From positions 1 to 35,521 of the forward strand of contig CAKJXZ020000027.1 of assembly GCA_918234285.1 (NCBI GenBank): a stretch of 35,521 bases of DNA, written 5' to 3'. Of the stretch, positions 16,746 through 25,617 are shown one piece after another; the first letter of the stretch is position 1, and every line of letters begins with the position of its first letter. Source of the stretch: Pseudomonadota bacterium (GTDB lineage: Bacteria; Pseudomonadota; Alphaproteobacteria; RF32; CAG-239). The notes beneath the pieces are model-generated. The model did no database searches, had not been told where the DNA came from, and saw only the letters and a program-made list of their open reading frames with translations. The translations under genes were made by a program, and so were the position numbers.

Positions 16746-17083
16746 CTAGGTTCAAGCCACTTTGACAGAATAGCATTAAATAATGTTGAGTTCTTTTTCA
16801 AAAGCTCATAAACCTGCTTTCCTGATGCCGGATTACCGTCATAAGTAAAGCTGCTGGAAACAACACATCCTGCAAAAAATGTTTCAGCTTTTTCAAGCCC
16901 GGCACTCCAGTCCTCAACTTCAACGCTCTCACCATTCTGCTTGATTGCGCAAGCCTTCTGGAACTGTTTCATCTCTTCCATGTTGAACTCACGCAACTCT
17001 ACAAACTCAACAGTTCTATCATCAGATGTAAACTCAATTCTTTTTGAAAAAATAAACTTCTGCTCGTTACCTTTAATTTCCAT
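16697..17083 (-). CDS. Tail assembly chaperone (gpG-like)
   Basis: Between the tail tube and TMP genes; VELREFNMEEM pattern. Confidence 0.8.
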   Translation of the reverse strand: MEIKGNEQKFIFSKRIEFTSDDRTVEFVELREFNMEEMKQFQKACAIKQNGESVEVEDWSAGLEKAETFFAGCVVSSSFTYDGNPASGKQVYELLKKNSTLFNAILSKWLEPSGNDSPFQLVKQNDLK

Positions 17084-17099
17084 AACGCTCCCCTTAACC

Positions 17100-18086
17100 T
17101 TAGTAATCTGCTGAATCTTTGTTCACAAGCTCAATTGTGATGAGTTCATCTTCAAGATTATCAACTGCATTAAGTGTTACACTCTGAGGCAGCTTATCAA
17201 GACTTCCCATATTTGCAGTTGCATCAGACATCTGACAACAAGGAATATCAATCGTCATTGAATAAGGAACTTCAGATCCGCTTGTAGAATCAGCATATTC
17301 ATCAGATGTAAATATAAGCCTTATTGCAAGAGTGTTGTCAGTCTTATAATAAGCTGTTCTGAACTGTTCAGCAGCGGCATTATAAATCATATCAAGATTG
17401 ACGGTAATTTTTCTTGTCCCGGCTTCAGGCTGTTCATAGAAATCACCGGTGCTGGTTGTCTGTGTATCTGAATCAAGGCCGTTGTCAAAATCAAGAGAGA
17501 CGTTTGTAACGTCCGCAATTTCAACAAAATCACTTCCTACTTTTTTGTAAACTTTTCCCTGTGCAAACTTAAATGCGCGCAAAGCTGAAGGTGTAAGATC
17601 TGCAAGACTTGCACCGGATGTTTCTGTTCTACCAACAAAATTAAAATCAGCCTTTACAAAATCACCGGCAGCAGCACTTAAAGACATAGTGGAAACCTTT
17701 ACGCCGTTATAAGCAAAGATTCCAACCTTTCTGTCAACTTTTACTGTAAATGATGGAAGGTGGTAACTTTCGCCATTCTGGATGCAGGTAAAGGTATGTT
17801 TATAATCTGTTCCTTCTCCAGCATCTGTGTTCTGAACACCCAAAGCACCAAAAATTAAATACCCCATATCAGGACGTAAAAGAGTAGAAAGCCCGCCTTC
17901 TACCTTAATTCCCATTGTCTGTTTTAACCCTTCACCGCGGCCGCCTGTTGCAAGCCCTTCATCAATTTTATTATAAACAGGCTTAAATGATTCACTGCTG
18001 ATTTTAACCTGTTTTGTTGTAGTTGCAGCTGTGCCGTATGTTGTTTCCTTACCAATCTGTAATTTAACACTGTTACCAAATACCAT
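17100..18086 (-). CDS. Major tail tube protein
   Basis: LQIGKETTYGTA...LPSFTVKVDR...YNGVKVSTMSLS; strong RBS and typical position. Confidence 0.85.
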   Translation of the reverse strand: MVFGNSVKLQIGKETTYGTAATTTKQVKISSESFKPVYNKIDEGLATGGRGEGLKQTMGIKVEGGLSTLLRPDMGYLIFGALGVQNTDAGEGTDYKHTFTCIQNGESYHLPSFTVKVDRKVGIFAYNGVKVSTMSLSAAAGDFVKADFNFVGRTETSGASLADLTPSALRAFKFAQGKVYKKVGSDFVEIADVTNVSLDFDNGLDSDTQTTSTGDFYEQPEAGTRKITVNLDMIYNAAAEQFRTAYYKTDNTLAIRLIFTSDEYADSTSGSEVPYSMTIDIPCCQMSDATANMGSLDKLPQSVTLNAVDNLEDELITIELVNKDSADY

Positions 18087-18110
18087 AATTTATCTCCTTT
18101 CTAAATAAAG

Positions 18111-18551
18111 TCAGTTTTCTGTTATCAGTCGAACTGTAAGCTCTGCAATCTTTACATCCTTGTGGCCTTCTGCCGCCGGAAAGAACTCAACGGTCCTTAT
18201 AAGTCCATAATCTGCAATTCCACCAAGATTGCAGCCTGATTCATCAAACATTTCATAAAATGCTGAAGCATAGTCCAGCATATTGTCACGCAACAAAGCA
18301 ACTTTGTCATTTCTGAAAACCAGGTAAACGGAAAACTCAAACTCATTGCTCTGGCTTTCGTTGGAAAGATAATCATAATTGTAATAGCTGAAATTATAAA
18401 AAAGCTGCCTTGATTTTGTGTATTTATCAAGGTCTAAAAAATCATCAATGTAAGCATCAAAATCTGTCAAATTACCGGCCGTAAGAATTGCCGGTAAATG
18501 AGATTCTATGTAAGTTTTGATTGCATTTTGCTGTGATTTGTAGTCCATCAT
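18111..18551 (-). CDS. Tail terminator-like protein
   Basis: Acidic 146-aa protein immediately before the tail tube gene. Confidence 0.6.
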   Translation of the reverse strand: MMDYKSQQNAIKTYIESHLPAILTAGNLTDFDAYIDDFLDLDKYTKSRQLFYNFSYYNYDYLSNESQSNEFEFSVYLVFRNDKVALLRDNMLDYASAFYEMFDESGCNLGGIADYGLIRTVEFFPAAEGHKDVKIAELTVRLITEN

Positions 18552-19027
18552 CGCTCCTGAGTTTTCAATCTGTCAAGTTCCTTCTGGAACTTATTTTCCA
18601 TAATCCGGGTTGCACGCGTTGTTTTCCAGATGGAATCTGCAATAGGATAGAGAAGCGGTTTCGCTTCAACTTTCCAGGCATTTTTTAAGGTAATTGTTTT
18701 GTTTTTATATCTGATTGCAAATCCAACAGGCTTTTCTGCTCCATATTCAACAAACCTATACTGGAAGGCATTTTTTGCAATCATTACCTTTGCAGAAAAA
18801 TCTTTATTTTGATAGGATTTCAGATTTTTAATATATCCGGCATCGCCCCAGCTTTTATCTTTATGTGCGTGATAACCGCGCTTTCTCATTTCTGCCTTTG
18901 CAGTTTTTTTGACTTCTGCATTTACGGCACGCATAAGCTTGACTGCAATATTAGGCATCTGCTCATTATATTTTTTGAGAAGATTTTCAAGTTCCTTATA
19001 ATTTACAGATACCCACTCTTCAGCCAT
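18548..19027 (-). CDS. HK97 gp10-like tail completion protein
   Basis: Basic protein with YRFVEYG...AKPLLYP motif. Confidence 0.7.
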   Translation of the reverse strand: MAEEWVSVNYKELENLLKKYNEQMPNIAVKLMRAVNAEVKKTAKAEMRKRGYHAHKDKSWGDAGYIKNLKSYQNKDFSAKVMIAKNAFQYRFVEYGAEKPVGFAIRYKNKTITLKNAWKVEAKPLLYPIADSIWKTTRATRIMENKFQKELDRLKTQER

Positions 19028-19638
19028 CAGCAAAGCTCCTTGATTTTATAAGCATCAATTGCAACCAGATAACGTTCAAGATTTGAGTTTAAGAAAACAC
19101 GGCTTCCACTTTCACCAAAAGACTTTGAAGAAATGCCGATGTTTCCATCAGCTTCTGCATGAAGCACGCCCGCAATTCGCAAAGCAGTCTGCACAATGTC
19201 GCCTGGTACAGGTGAGAATCCGGCAGAGTAGGTGACTTCAACATTTGCAATACCTGGAGTAAAAATCAAGCCACCCAGAAGAATAATGTATTCATCGCGG
19301 ATAACATAAGATGCAGAATCTACCGGAACACCATCAACAGTAAGGCTCACAACAGTAACAATCGGTGCATCCTGAATATTTAAGAGATTGCAGCCGGTTC
19401 CATCCATCTTCTTTGTTGAGGTATGAAGTTCAGGATTATACCCGATGTAACCGTTTACAATTGCTATTGCAGCGTTTACATATCCGGCAAACTCATCCGT
19501 ATCATCTGGATAAGATTTAACGTAATTCTGTAAATCTTCCGTTGTAATATAACCCGTTTCCTGTGGAGCTGGATCTGTTGTTGTTTGAGGCTCTGTGTTT
19601 TGTCCTTCAGTTTCCTGATCTTCTGTCAAATCGCTCAT
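19027..19638 (-). CDS. Head-tail connector (gp6/gp15-like)
   Basis: YITTEDLQNY...AAIAIVNGYIG...VEVTYSAGF..VPGDIVQTAL. Confidence 0.8.
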   Translation of the reverse strand: MSDLTEDQETEGQNTEPQTTTDPAPQETGYITTEDLQNYVKSYPDDTDEFAGYVNAAIAIVNGYIGYNPELHTSTKKMDGTGCNLLNIQDAPIVTVVSLTVDGVPVDSASYVIRDEYIILLGGLIFTPGIANVEVTYSAGFSPVPGDIVQTALRIAGVLHAEADGNIGISSKSFGESGSRVFLNSNLERYLVAIDAYKIKELC

Positions 19639-19650
19639 AGTTACCGCCTT

Positions 19651-20256
19651 TTATTCATCAACTTTTACAGCGTAGCCAGAGTTTACAAATTGCAAGGCAA
19701 GCTGTGCATCAACTTCATAAACACCAGGCTCAAAGCTTCCCCATTCACCGCAAAGAAAAGAGGTGATTTTTACTTTGATTTTAGGTCCAGAGGTTTTAGG
19801 ATTGTTTACTGCTGTTTCAACTGTTTCTGTTCCTTCTGCTCTCTTTTCTGCATTCTTTTTTGCTGCCATGTTTATATCCTCCCATACAACGTTTAAGCCG
19901 TTTTCATTAAGGTAATTTACAATCTGAACAACCGCGCCTCTCTGTTGCGGATATTCACCAATAATCATTGGAGCACCAAGCAGCGTTATATTTTTATAGC
20001 CGTGCTGCCAGGCATAAATCAACATTCCCGAAATTGTGTTGCTTACAGTCAAGCCGGCTTTATTGTTATAAACTTCCGGCTCAAACTTTCTTACAACATT
20101 CTGGTATGGCACTTTAATTCCGTGTATTTCAAAATATAAATCTGCACCGGACCGGGAATCCGTACCGCAAAGCCATACTTCCACATCTTTGTTATTCCGC
20201 ATTTTTTTTACGGAAACACTTTGATTTGCTTTTCCGCAAATTATTAAATCTTTCAT
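19651..20256 (-). CDS. Two-domain protein: glycosyltransferase/Maf-like N-domain fused to a small head-associated domain with internal start at 19869
   Basis: IICGKA...DLYFEIH...NTISGMLIYAWQHGYKNITLLG; in-frame GGGAGG-N8-ATG at 19869. Confidence 0.5.
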   Translation of the reverse strand: MKDLIICGKANQSVSVKKMRNNKDVEVWLCGTDSRSGADLYFEIHGIKVPYQNVVRKFEPEVYNNKAGLTVSNTISGMLIYAWQHGYKNITLLGAPMIIGEYPQQRGAVVQIVNYLNENGLNVVWEDINMAAKKNAEKRAEGTETVETAVNNPKTSGPKIKVKITSFLCGEWGSFEPGVYEVDAQLALQFVNSGYAVKVDE

Positions 20257-20267
20257 TGCTGTTACAT

Positions 20268-20298
20268 AAAAACCGCCCCTGCCGTGACCGGCAAGGGC
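20268..20298 (-). terminator. Terminator after the major capsid gene
   Basis: gcccctgccg-tgac-cggcaagggc with T-runs on both sides. Confidence 0.75.
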
Positions 20299-20326
20299 TT
20301 TTTATTTTTAAATCAATTTTTAATTA

Positions 20327-21514
20327 TCAGCCAACGTACACAGCCTTAAGGCGTGCAAAAGCTTCAGGGTTGCAAGGACAGCCATCAGCCAGAGTATGAC
20401 CGAAGAATCCTACCTGGTTCTTTCCGGCAAACAGTTCATTTGCAACTGTTACATCAAGGCCCTTCCAGTAAGCAAACTTGTAGTAACTCATATCACCGAG
20501 AACTGCAAGGTAGCTTCCAGCTGTTTTTGTTGATGGAGCAAACTCGCTTTCAATTACAGGCAAACCGAGAAGTGTTGAAGGCTCACCAACTCTCAAAGAT
20601 TCGTGCCAGAGATACTGGTCATTCTTATCTTTGAGCTTCATAACATCCTTAAGGATAGTTGTACTCATAATCCACACAGAGTTCTTTCTGAGCTGTGGAC
20701 GGATGCTCATGTACATATCAATCAGATCATCTGCCTTGATTACACCAGTACCTGTTCCGGTTGTTGAAACATCGCGGCTTGTTGGAACACCATCGTTTGA
20801 AGCGTAGAATACGCCAAGAGGCTGTCCGCTTCCATTTCCGGTTGTAATACCAGCTTCAAAAGCCTGAATAAGCTTTGTAGCAATTTTTCTCTTTGCAAGG
20901 TCATCAAGATTGAATGCGCTTGTAACAAGCAGCTGTTTTGAAATCTTAATAAGCTTGTTGAGGTTGATTGGATTAAGCTCACGCTTACCAAACTCCCATG
21001 CAGTATCAGCTGTAAGGTCATAAGCCGGCACTTCCTGTGTCCAGCTTGCATCACTTGCATCTGTTTTTTCATAAGGCAAGCCAAGTGAACCAGCACCGCT
21101 TACAGGGATTTTATCTGCAAGTGCATACAACGGAGCTTCCTTCTGGATGATTTCCTGCAATTCGTTAAAGAACTTTTCAGGTGCGATTGCATAACCGCCG
21201 CCTGGTGATCCAGAAGTTCCCTGTGTCATATCTGTACGAAGCTCAATCATTCCGTTTCGTTTTTCTACGCGGAAAAATGAATCTTTGTTTCTGTTTTCTT
21301 CAGTTTCCGGTTTTGGAAGCTCTGTAGAAAATCCATTCATTCTTTCAGCACGTTCTTCTGCTTCAATTTCAGCTGTAAGCCTTCTTACTTCAGCTTCTTT
21401 TTCATCAAAAGACTTTTTCTCTTCATCTGTAAAGCTTCTTGCTTCTTTCTTTGCAAGTTCATCAAGCTCTTTCATCTCTCTGATGTGTTTGGCACGCAAT
21501 TCCTTTTTATTCAT
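20327..21514 (-). CDS. HK97-family major capsid protein
   Basis: N-terminal coiled-coil delta domain, GGYAIAPE, GNGSGQPLG, LKDKNDQYLW, TLLGLPV. Confidence 0.95.
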   Translation of the reverse strand: MNKKELRAKHIREMKELDELAKKEARSFTDEEKKSFDEKEAEVRRLTAEIEAEERAERMNGFSTELPKPETEENRNKDSFFRVEKRNGMIELRTDMTQGTSGSPGGGYAIAPEKFFNELQEIIQKEAPLYALADKIPVSGAGSLGLPYEKTDASDASWTQEVPAYDLTADTAWEFGKRELNPINLNKLIKISKQLLVTSAFNLDDLAKRKIATKLIQAFEAGITTGNGSGQPLGVFYASNDGVPTSRDVSTTGTGTGVIKADDLIDMYMSIRPQLRKNSVWIMSTTILKDVMKLKDKNDQYLWHESLRVGEPSTLLGLPVIESEFAPSTKTAGSYLAVLGDMSYYKFAYWKGLDVTVANELFAGKNQVGFFGHTLADGCPCNPEAFARLKAVYVG

Positions 21515-21544
21515 AATTGTGTCTCCTTTTTAGTTTTTCAAGGT

Positions 21545-22216
21545 TTACAACGTTTTCATTTCAAGAAGTGAAAGCTTTCTGCTTCTTTCTTCTTCTTCAC
21601 GTTTTCGCAAGCTTTCTGCTTCTTCAGCTTTTCTCTTTTCTTCCCTTGCACTCTCCAGTGCTGCCTTCGCGCTCTCCAGCGTTTGTTTGCAGCGGGCATC
21701 AATTGAAGTTGCTTCATAAGCCGGGAATGTCACCGCGCTTACTTCATAAACCCTGCTTATATCTGTGATAGTTCTTAAAGGACTACCAGAATCCATGTCA
21801 TCCCACTTGTCACCACGTACAGAAAACATAAAGCTCATGCCGGAAACGTCACCGCGTTTTACAGCAGAATAAAGATTTCTTGCATCTGAATTGTTTTCTG
21901 TGTCAAGATTAACGCGGATGTGCATTCCATCATCTTTAACTTCCATCTGCATAGTGGAGTTCTTATTGTTGTTCCTGCTTCTGGCAAGTGGTGTCATATC
22001 TGTATTGTGATTAACAAGGAATCTTACATCTTTAAGGTCCGTGTTAATAAGTGCATTTCGGTCTATAGTTTCCCGATACCAGCCCAGGTCTGTTGTATGG
22101 TTAAACACAATCGGCACGCCTTCAATAAACGAACCGTGTTCATCATCTTCCTGAGCTCTAAGTTCAAAGTCATAGCTTCTTAACTCTGTATTATTGTCTT
22201 TAAAAACAGGCTTCAT
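21545..22216 (-). CDS. HK97-family prohead protease
   Basis: LVNHN, RGDVSGMSFMF, YEVSAVTFPAYEAT; start at ATG 22216 behind GGGAG. Confidence 0.95.
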   Translation of the reverse strand: MKPVFKDNNTELRSYDFELRAQEDDEHGSFIEGVPIVFNHTTDLGWYRETIDRNALINTDLKDVRFLVNHNTDMTPLARSRNNNKNSTMQMEVKDDGMHIRVNLDTENNSDARNLYSAVKRGDVSGMSFMFSVRGDKWDDMDSGSPLRTITDISRVYEVSAVTFPAYEATSIDARCKQTLESAKAALESAREEKRKAEEAESLRKREEEERSRKLSLLEMKTL

Positions 22217-22337
22217 TTTTAATTCTCCCATTAAAAAACTTTCGGCGCGCTGGAACATCCAGCATTGTAACGTTGATTTACAGCGGAAAACCTTAACCGG
22301 TTAATCGTTGCGCCAATACCCGCGGTTATAAATAATG

Positions 22338-22529
22338 TCAGATGAGGCTTTGTATCAAATCTTTCAATTCATTCAGGTATTGCTTATAGTCCCATCCTTC
22401 AATTTTGCACACTTCAATATCAATCAGTATATCTGTCAAAAGCTTCAGCTTTAATTCTTCTCTTGCAAGCTTCTGAAGCTGAAAACGTTCTTCTTTTGTC
22501 GCTTCAGGCGATAACCGACAGCTCTTCAT
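22338..22529 (-). CDS. Small hypothetical protein between portal and protease
   Basis: 63-aa ORF with a plausible helical sequence. Confidence 0.5.
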   Translation of the reverse strand: MKSCRLSPEATKEERFQLQKLAREELKLKLLTDILIDIEVCKIEGWDYKQYLNELKDLIQSLI

Positions 22530-22668
22530 AAGTTATGCCTTGAAAATGATTACTAAAAACTGTTTTATCCCAGGGCCGCATTAAGTGATTAAAAAGTTTT
22601 TTTGCCTGTTCAATTGTGGCTGGCCCCCAGTCTGAATAATAAGCTTTTATCTTGATTTGTCTGTTCAC
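22504..22668 (-). CDS. Small hypothetical protein (54 aa)
   Basis: GTG start overlapping the portal stop; manual translation MNRQIKIKAYYSDWGPATIEQAKKLF... Confidence 0.45.
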   Translation of the reverse strand: MNRQIKIKAYYSDWGPATIEQAKKLFNHLMRPWDKTVFSNHFQGITYEELSVIA

Positions 22669-23906
22669 TACTTTTTACCCTCATCAGATGTATTATCATC
22701 CTTCATTGAAGCATCCAGAGGCTTGTAATTTTCAAGCCCAAAATGAACATCGCCGTAAGGCTCATTTACGCGCGGCATATTTTCAAAGTCGCGGATTTCG
22801 TTGAGAGTAAATAAACCAGCCTGGAAGTTTGCACGGTAATTAGCCCAGCGAGTGTTAAAATCAGCCCTGAGCATAGTGTCTGTATCAAACTCTACATAAC
22901 AGTTTTCCCTGTACGGATCCGTTAAAAGCCGGTCAAAATACTGCTGCAACCTTACAAGCCACGGAGTCAAAGTATGTCTTAAAAAAAAAGTGTTTGCCTG
23001 TTCCATGTTTGAAAACTTTGAGTTTTCACTTCCAAGCATAAAGAGAGGTACACGGAAAATCTTTGCGACTTCTTTTTCTGAGTAAGTGCGGTTTTCTGCA
23101 AGCTGGCTGTCTGAATTAGAAGGCATATCAAGAGGCTTTACCTTTGCACGCGCCATTACAATCGGATCGTTAATTTTTTCCTTGCCGCCATAACTCAACT
23201 TGAACATTTCTATAAGTTCTTTTGAGTTTTCCTTTTTCCAGTTCTTTCTTAAATCATCATCAACTTCAAGAGCTATCTTCTGGTGATAGCCACCGTCAAA
23301 ACTCAGATTTGTATATTCATCAAGCGTAAGTCCAAGCTTTGCAGAGTGTGTTGCGTATTCCATCGGTGATAAGCCGCGCAAGCTGTTCATTCTATAAGCC
23401 GGAATATGCAGAACTGTATGAGTGTTGTATTTGTAAGTTTTGCCGTTTGCACGATATTCATAATAAACATCATTTTCATCGTCAAGCTTGATTGTTACAT
23501 CATCAGAATTAAGAGAGTAGAGGGCACGAGGTGAAAAATCATCATTTCGTTCTACAAAAATAAAAGCATTACCTTTAAGCAGCAGATTTATCATGATTTT
23601 CTGCCAGAAGGTAAAAGCTGTATCGTAATAGTTTGGAGCTTTACGGATTAAATGATAAAGGGGAGCTTCATCAATCCGCTTTCTTCCCTGATCTGTTTTT
23701 TTGTAAACATTACAAGAGAGGGAAGCCACAGAATCTGCAATTATGGTGACACAGGCATTTACAGTTGTATTTTTAAGCAGTTTAGATGCCGGCATATAAT
23801 CCGTGTCCCAAAACCAGTCACCGGATGATGTCATTTCGGATCTGTCAACCGGCAATTCGCGAGTATCGTTTTTAATTCTTCTGATTTCTTTTTTGAACAG
23901 TTTCAT
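22668..23906 (-). CDS. HK97-family portal protein
   Basis: VNACVTIIADSVASL, LLKGNAF, VLHI...GLSP, VAKIFRVP, TLNEIRDFENM. Confidence 0.95.
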   Translation of the reverse strand: MKLFKKEIRRIKNDTRELPVDRSEMTSSGDWFWDTDYMPASKLLKNTTVNACVTIIADSVASLSCNVYKKTDQGRKRIDEAPLYHLIRKAPNYYDTAFTFWQKIMINLLLKGNAFIFVERNDDFSPRALYSLNSDDVTIKLDDENDVYYEYRANGKTYKYNTHTVLHIPAYRMNSLRGLSPMEYATHSAKLGLTLDEYTNLSFDGGYHQKIALEVDDDLRKNWKKENSKELIEMFKLSYGGKEKINDPIVMARAKVKPLDMPSNSDSQLAENRTYSEKEVAKIFRVPLFMLGSENSKFSNMEQANTFFLRHTLTPWLVRLQQYFDRLLTDPYRENCYVEFDTDTMLRADFNTRWANYRANFQAGLFTLNEIRDFENMPRVNEPYGDVHFGLENYKPLDASMKDDNTSDEGKK

Positions 23907-24153
23907 TCTGAGCTTCTCCAATTATATCTGTAACAGTCTGCCCCCAGGCTTCCCACTCTTGAACCAGAGCCTCGTAATAAAGAATTACATAAGCGTAATC
24001 CTTTAATGTCTCAGGTGTTTTAAGGCTCTGCCTTTGAGGGAAGGGCGGCAATATTACTGTTTTTTCATTTACCCTGTTTGTCCGGCACGCTGGCATTGTT
24101 AGCAGCAATAATACCAGCAATAATATCTGCAACTTCTTCATCATTTTTTGCAT
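23872..24153 (-). CDS. o-spanin-like lipoprotein (Rz1-like)
   Basis: Signal peptide KKLQILLLVLLLLTMPA-C followed by a Pro-rich segment; overlaps the i-spanin out of frame. Confidence 0.75.
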   Translation of the reverse strand: MQKMMKKLQILLLVLLLLTMPACRTNRVNEKTVILPPFPQRQSLKTPETLKDYAYVILYYEALVQEWEAWGQTVTDIIGEAQNETVQKRNQKN

Positions 24154-24376
24154 TCTCCAGCTGATTTCTTACTTCTTCTTTTTCATTTTTGATTGCAGCA
24201 ATTTCTTCCTGATGCTTTACAACGTAAGAAATGTTTTTTTTCAGAAAAGCAACTTCACCCTTTAAGTGTTCGTTTTCATCAGAAGCATTATTCAATTTCT
24301 TAATCAGAGCATAAATTACAGAACACAACACAACTGCAATTCCGAGTATTGAAAGCAAAACGGCAGTTACTTTCAT
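24065..24376 (-). CDS. i-spanin-like protein (Rz-like)
   Basis: N-terminal TM helix followed by a coiled coil. Confidence 0.75.
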   Translation of the reverse strand: MKVTAVLLSILGIAVVLCSVIYALIKKLNNASDENEHLKGEVAFLKKNISYVVKHQEEIAAIKNEKEEVRNQLENAKNDEEVADIIAGIIAANNASVPDKQGK

Positions 24377-24621
24377 TCTTCTACCTTCCTAAACTTGTCA
24401 ATAATTATGTTTAAGTCGATTGTACCGGCTCCGACACCGTAAACCACAGCCCACATAAAGCAGATTTCTGTTGATTCTGCATTAAGCTTTCCACACCACT
24501 TAAGAATGTGACAGGCAATTATTCCAAGCACTGCAATAGTTTTAAAAATCTTGCTCATATTCTTTGCACTTGTAAGCCGGTTTTCATTTTTTGATTCCTT
24601 TTCCTGGATAGTCTGATTCAT
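24373..24621 (-). CDS. Holin-like two-TM membrane protein
   Basis: Two hydrophobic segments with charged termini, inside the lysis cluster. Confidence 0.6.
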   Translation of the reverse strand: MNQTIQEKESKNENRLTSAKNMSKIFKTIAVLGIIACHILKWCGKLNAESTEICFMWAVVYGVGAGTIDLNIIIDKFRKVEE

Positions 24622-24653
24622 AATGCCTCCATTTACAAAAATGTCAGTTAATG

Positions 24654-24683
24654 AAAAACACCCGCCTATAAGGGCGGGCTTTT
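24654..24683 (-). terminator. Intrinsic terminator, possibly bidirectional
   Basis: cccgcc-tataag-ggcggg flanked by A and T runs. Confidence 0.65.
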
Positions 24684-24698
24684 GTGATAATGCGGATT

Positions 24699-24869
24699 TT
24701 AAGCTTTAAGAAACTTAGAGCAGATTTCTGTTACTGCTGTTTCCACGATGCCAATAGATGCCACTATGGCGGGCGCAGCTGGTGGTGCCAGAAACACAAC
24801 AACCGCGCTTGCACCAGCTGCAACAGCACCGGTAATTCCTACAACCAGATTAAAAGTTCTTTTTGACAT
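24699..24869 (-). CDS. Small two-TM membrane protein (56 aa), holin/antiholin candidate
   Basis: Manual translation MSKRTFNLVVGITGAVAAGASAVVVFLAPPAAPAIVASIGIVETAVTEICSKFLKA with AGGGGG RBS. Confidence 0.7.
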   Translation of the reverse strand: MSKRTFNLVVGITGAVAAGASAVVVFLAPPAAPAIVASIGIVETAVTEICSKFLKA

Positions 24870-24881
24870 AATTTCCCCCTT

Positions 24882-25346
24882 TCAGTTTATGCCTTTTATT
24901 TTTAATACGCGCATTTCTGCGGGTTTTCCCTGTTCAACGCAAACAGATCTTTCAAGCGGATTGAAGCCGATTTTTCCATTTTCAACACCGACCCAGTGAC
25001 CTTTTTTCTTTTCAACTCCGTTTTCATCTGTGTAAGTAGTTGTAAAAAGAACTGGAGTTCTTTTTTTGATTGATTTAATTGACGTGATTTTTTTCTTGTC
25101 AAAGAACTCTAAAGTTCTGCCGGTTAAACGGTAGATGCTGACAGCCCAAATTACGCTATATTCTTTATCAAGCGCACCTTCTTTTTTAAGGTCAAAGACA
25201 ATTTTAATTGCATCTATGTCATCCGGTTCTAATCCGAGACACCAGAGCAGAACGAAAGCACAACAGGCGTTGTCACTCAGAAGCTTAAGTTCTGCATTTG
25301 GAAACATAAGATTAAGTTCTTTTGCTAAAGTTTGAGGATGTTTCAT
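24882..25346 (-). CDS. Papain-fold (C39/DUF261-like) peptidase, candidate endolysin
   Basis: ACCAF...GHWVGV...FNPL Cys-His-Asn arrangement; embedded among holin and spanin genes. Confidence 0.55.
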   Translation of the reverse strand: MKHPQTLAKELNLMFPNAELKLLSDNACCAFVLLWCLGLEPDDIDAIKIVFDLKKEGALDKEYSVIWAVSIYRLTGRTLEFFDKKKITSIKSIKKRTPVLFTTTYTDENGVEKKKGHWVGVENGKIGFNPLERSVCVEQGKPAEMRVLKIKGIN

Positions 25347-25349
25347 AAA

Positions 25350-25586
25350 TTACCTTATAAATGAAATAATTAAACCGACAGCTTCGCCGATAAGTCCGAT
25401 GAGTAGCGCGATAAACTTACCCATATACTTTTTTTCTGTCTCTGCAATTGCAAGTTTAATTTTCATATCAACGGATTCATTTACTTTTTGTGCGATCTGA
25501 TCCGGCATTCCTTTTACATCCTGTTTTATTTCTCTGATGTCGCTCTCCATTGCTGTAAACCTTGATTCAATCAGTTCATCGGTCAT
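25350..25586 (-). CDS. Coiled-coil plus C-terminal TM protein (XhlA-like lysis accessory)
   Basis: RFTAMESDIREIKQDVK coiled coil and a hydrophobic C-terminus. Confidence 0.6.
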   Translation of the reverse strand: MTDELIESRFTAMESDIREIKQDVKGMPDQIAQKVNESVDMKIKLAIAETEKKYMGKFIALLIGLIGEAVGLIISFIR

Positions 25587-25617
25587 TTACCACCCCATAT
25601 CCTTTAATAAAGTCATT

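Noticed and set aside
24684-24999. Plus-strand ORFs of 60 and 83 aa
   Set aside because: They are shadows of the 56-aa minus-strand membrane gene and the peptidase gene.
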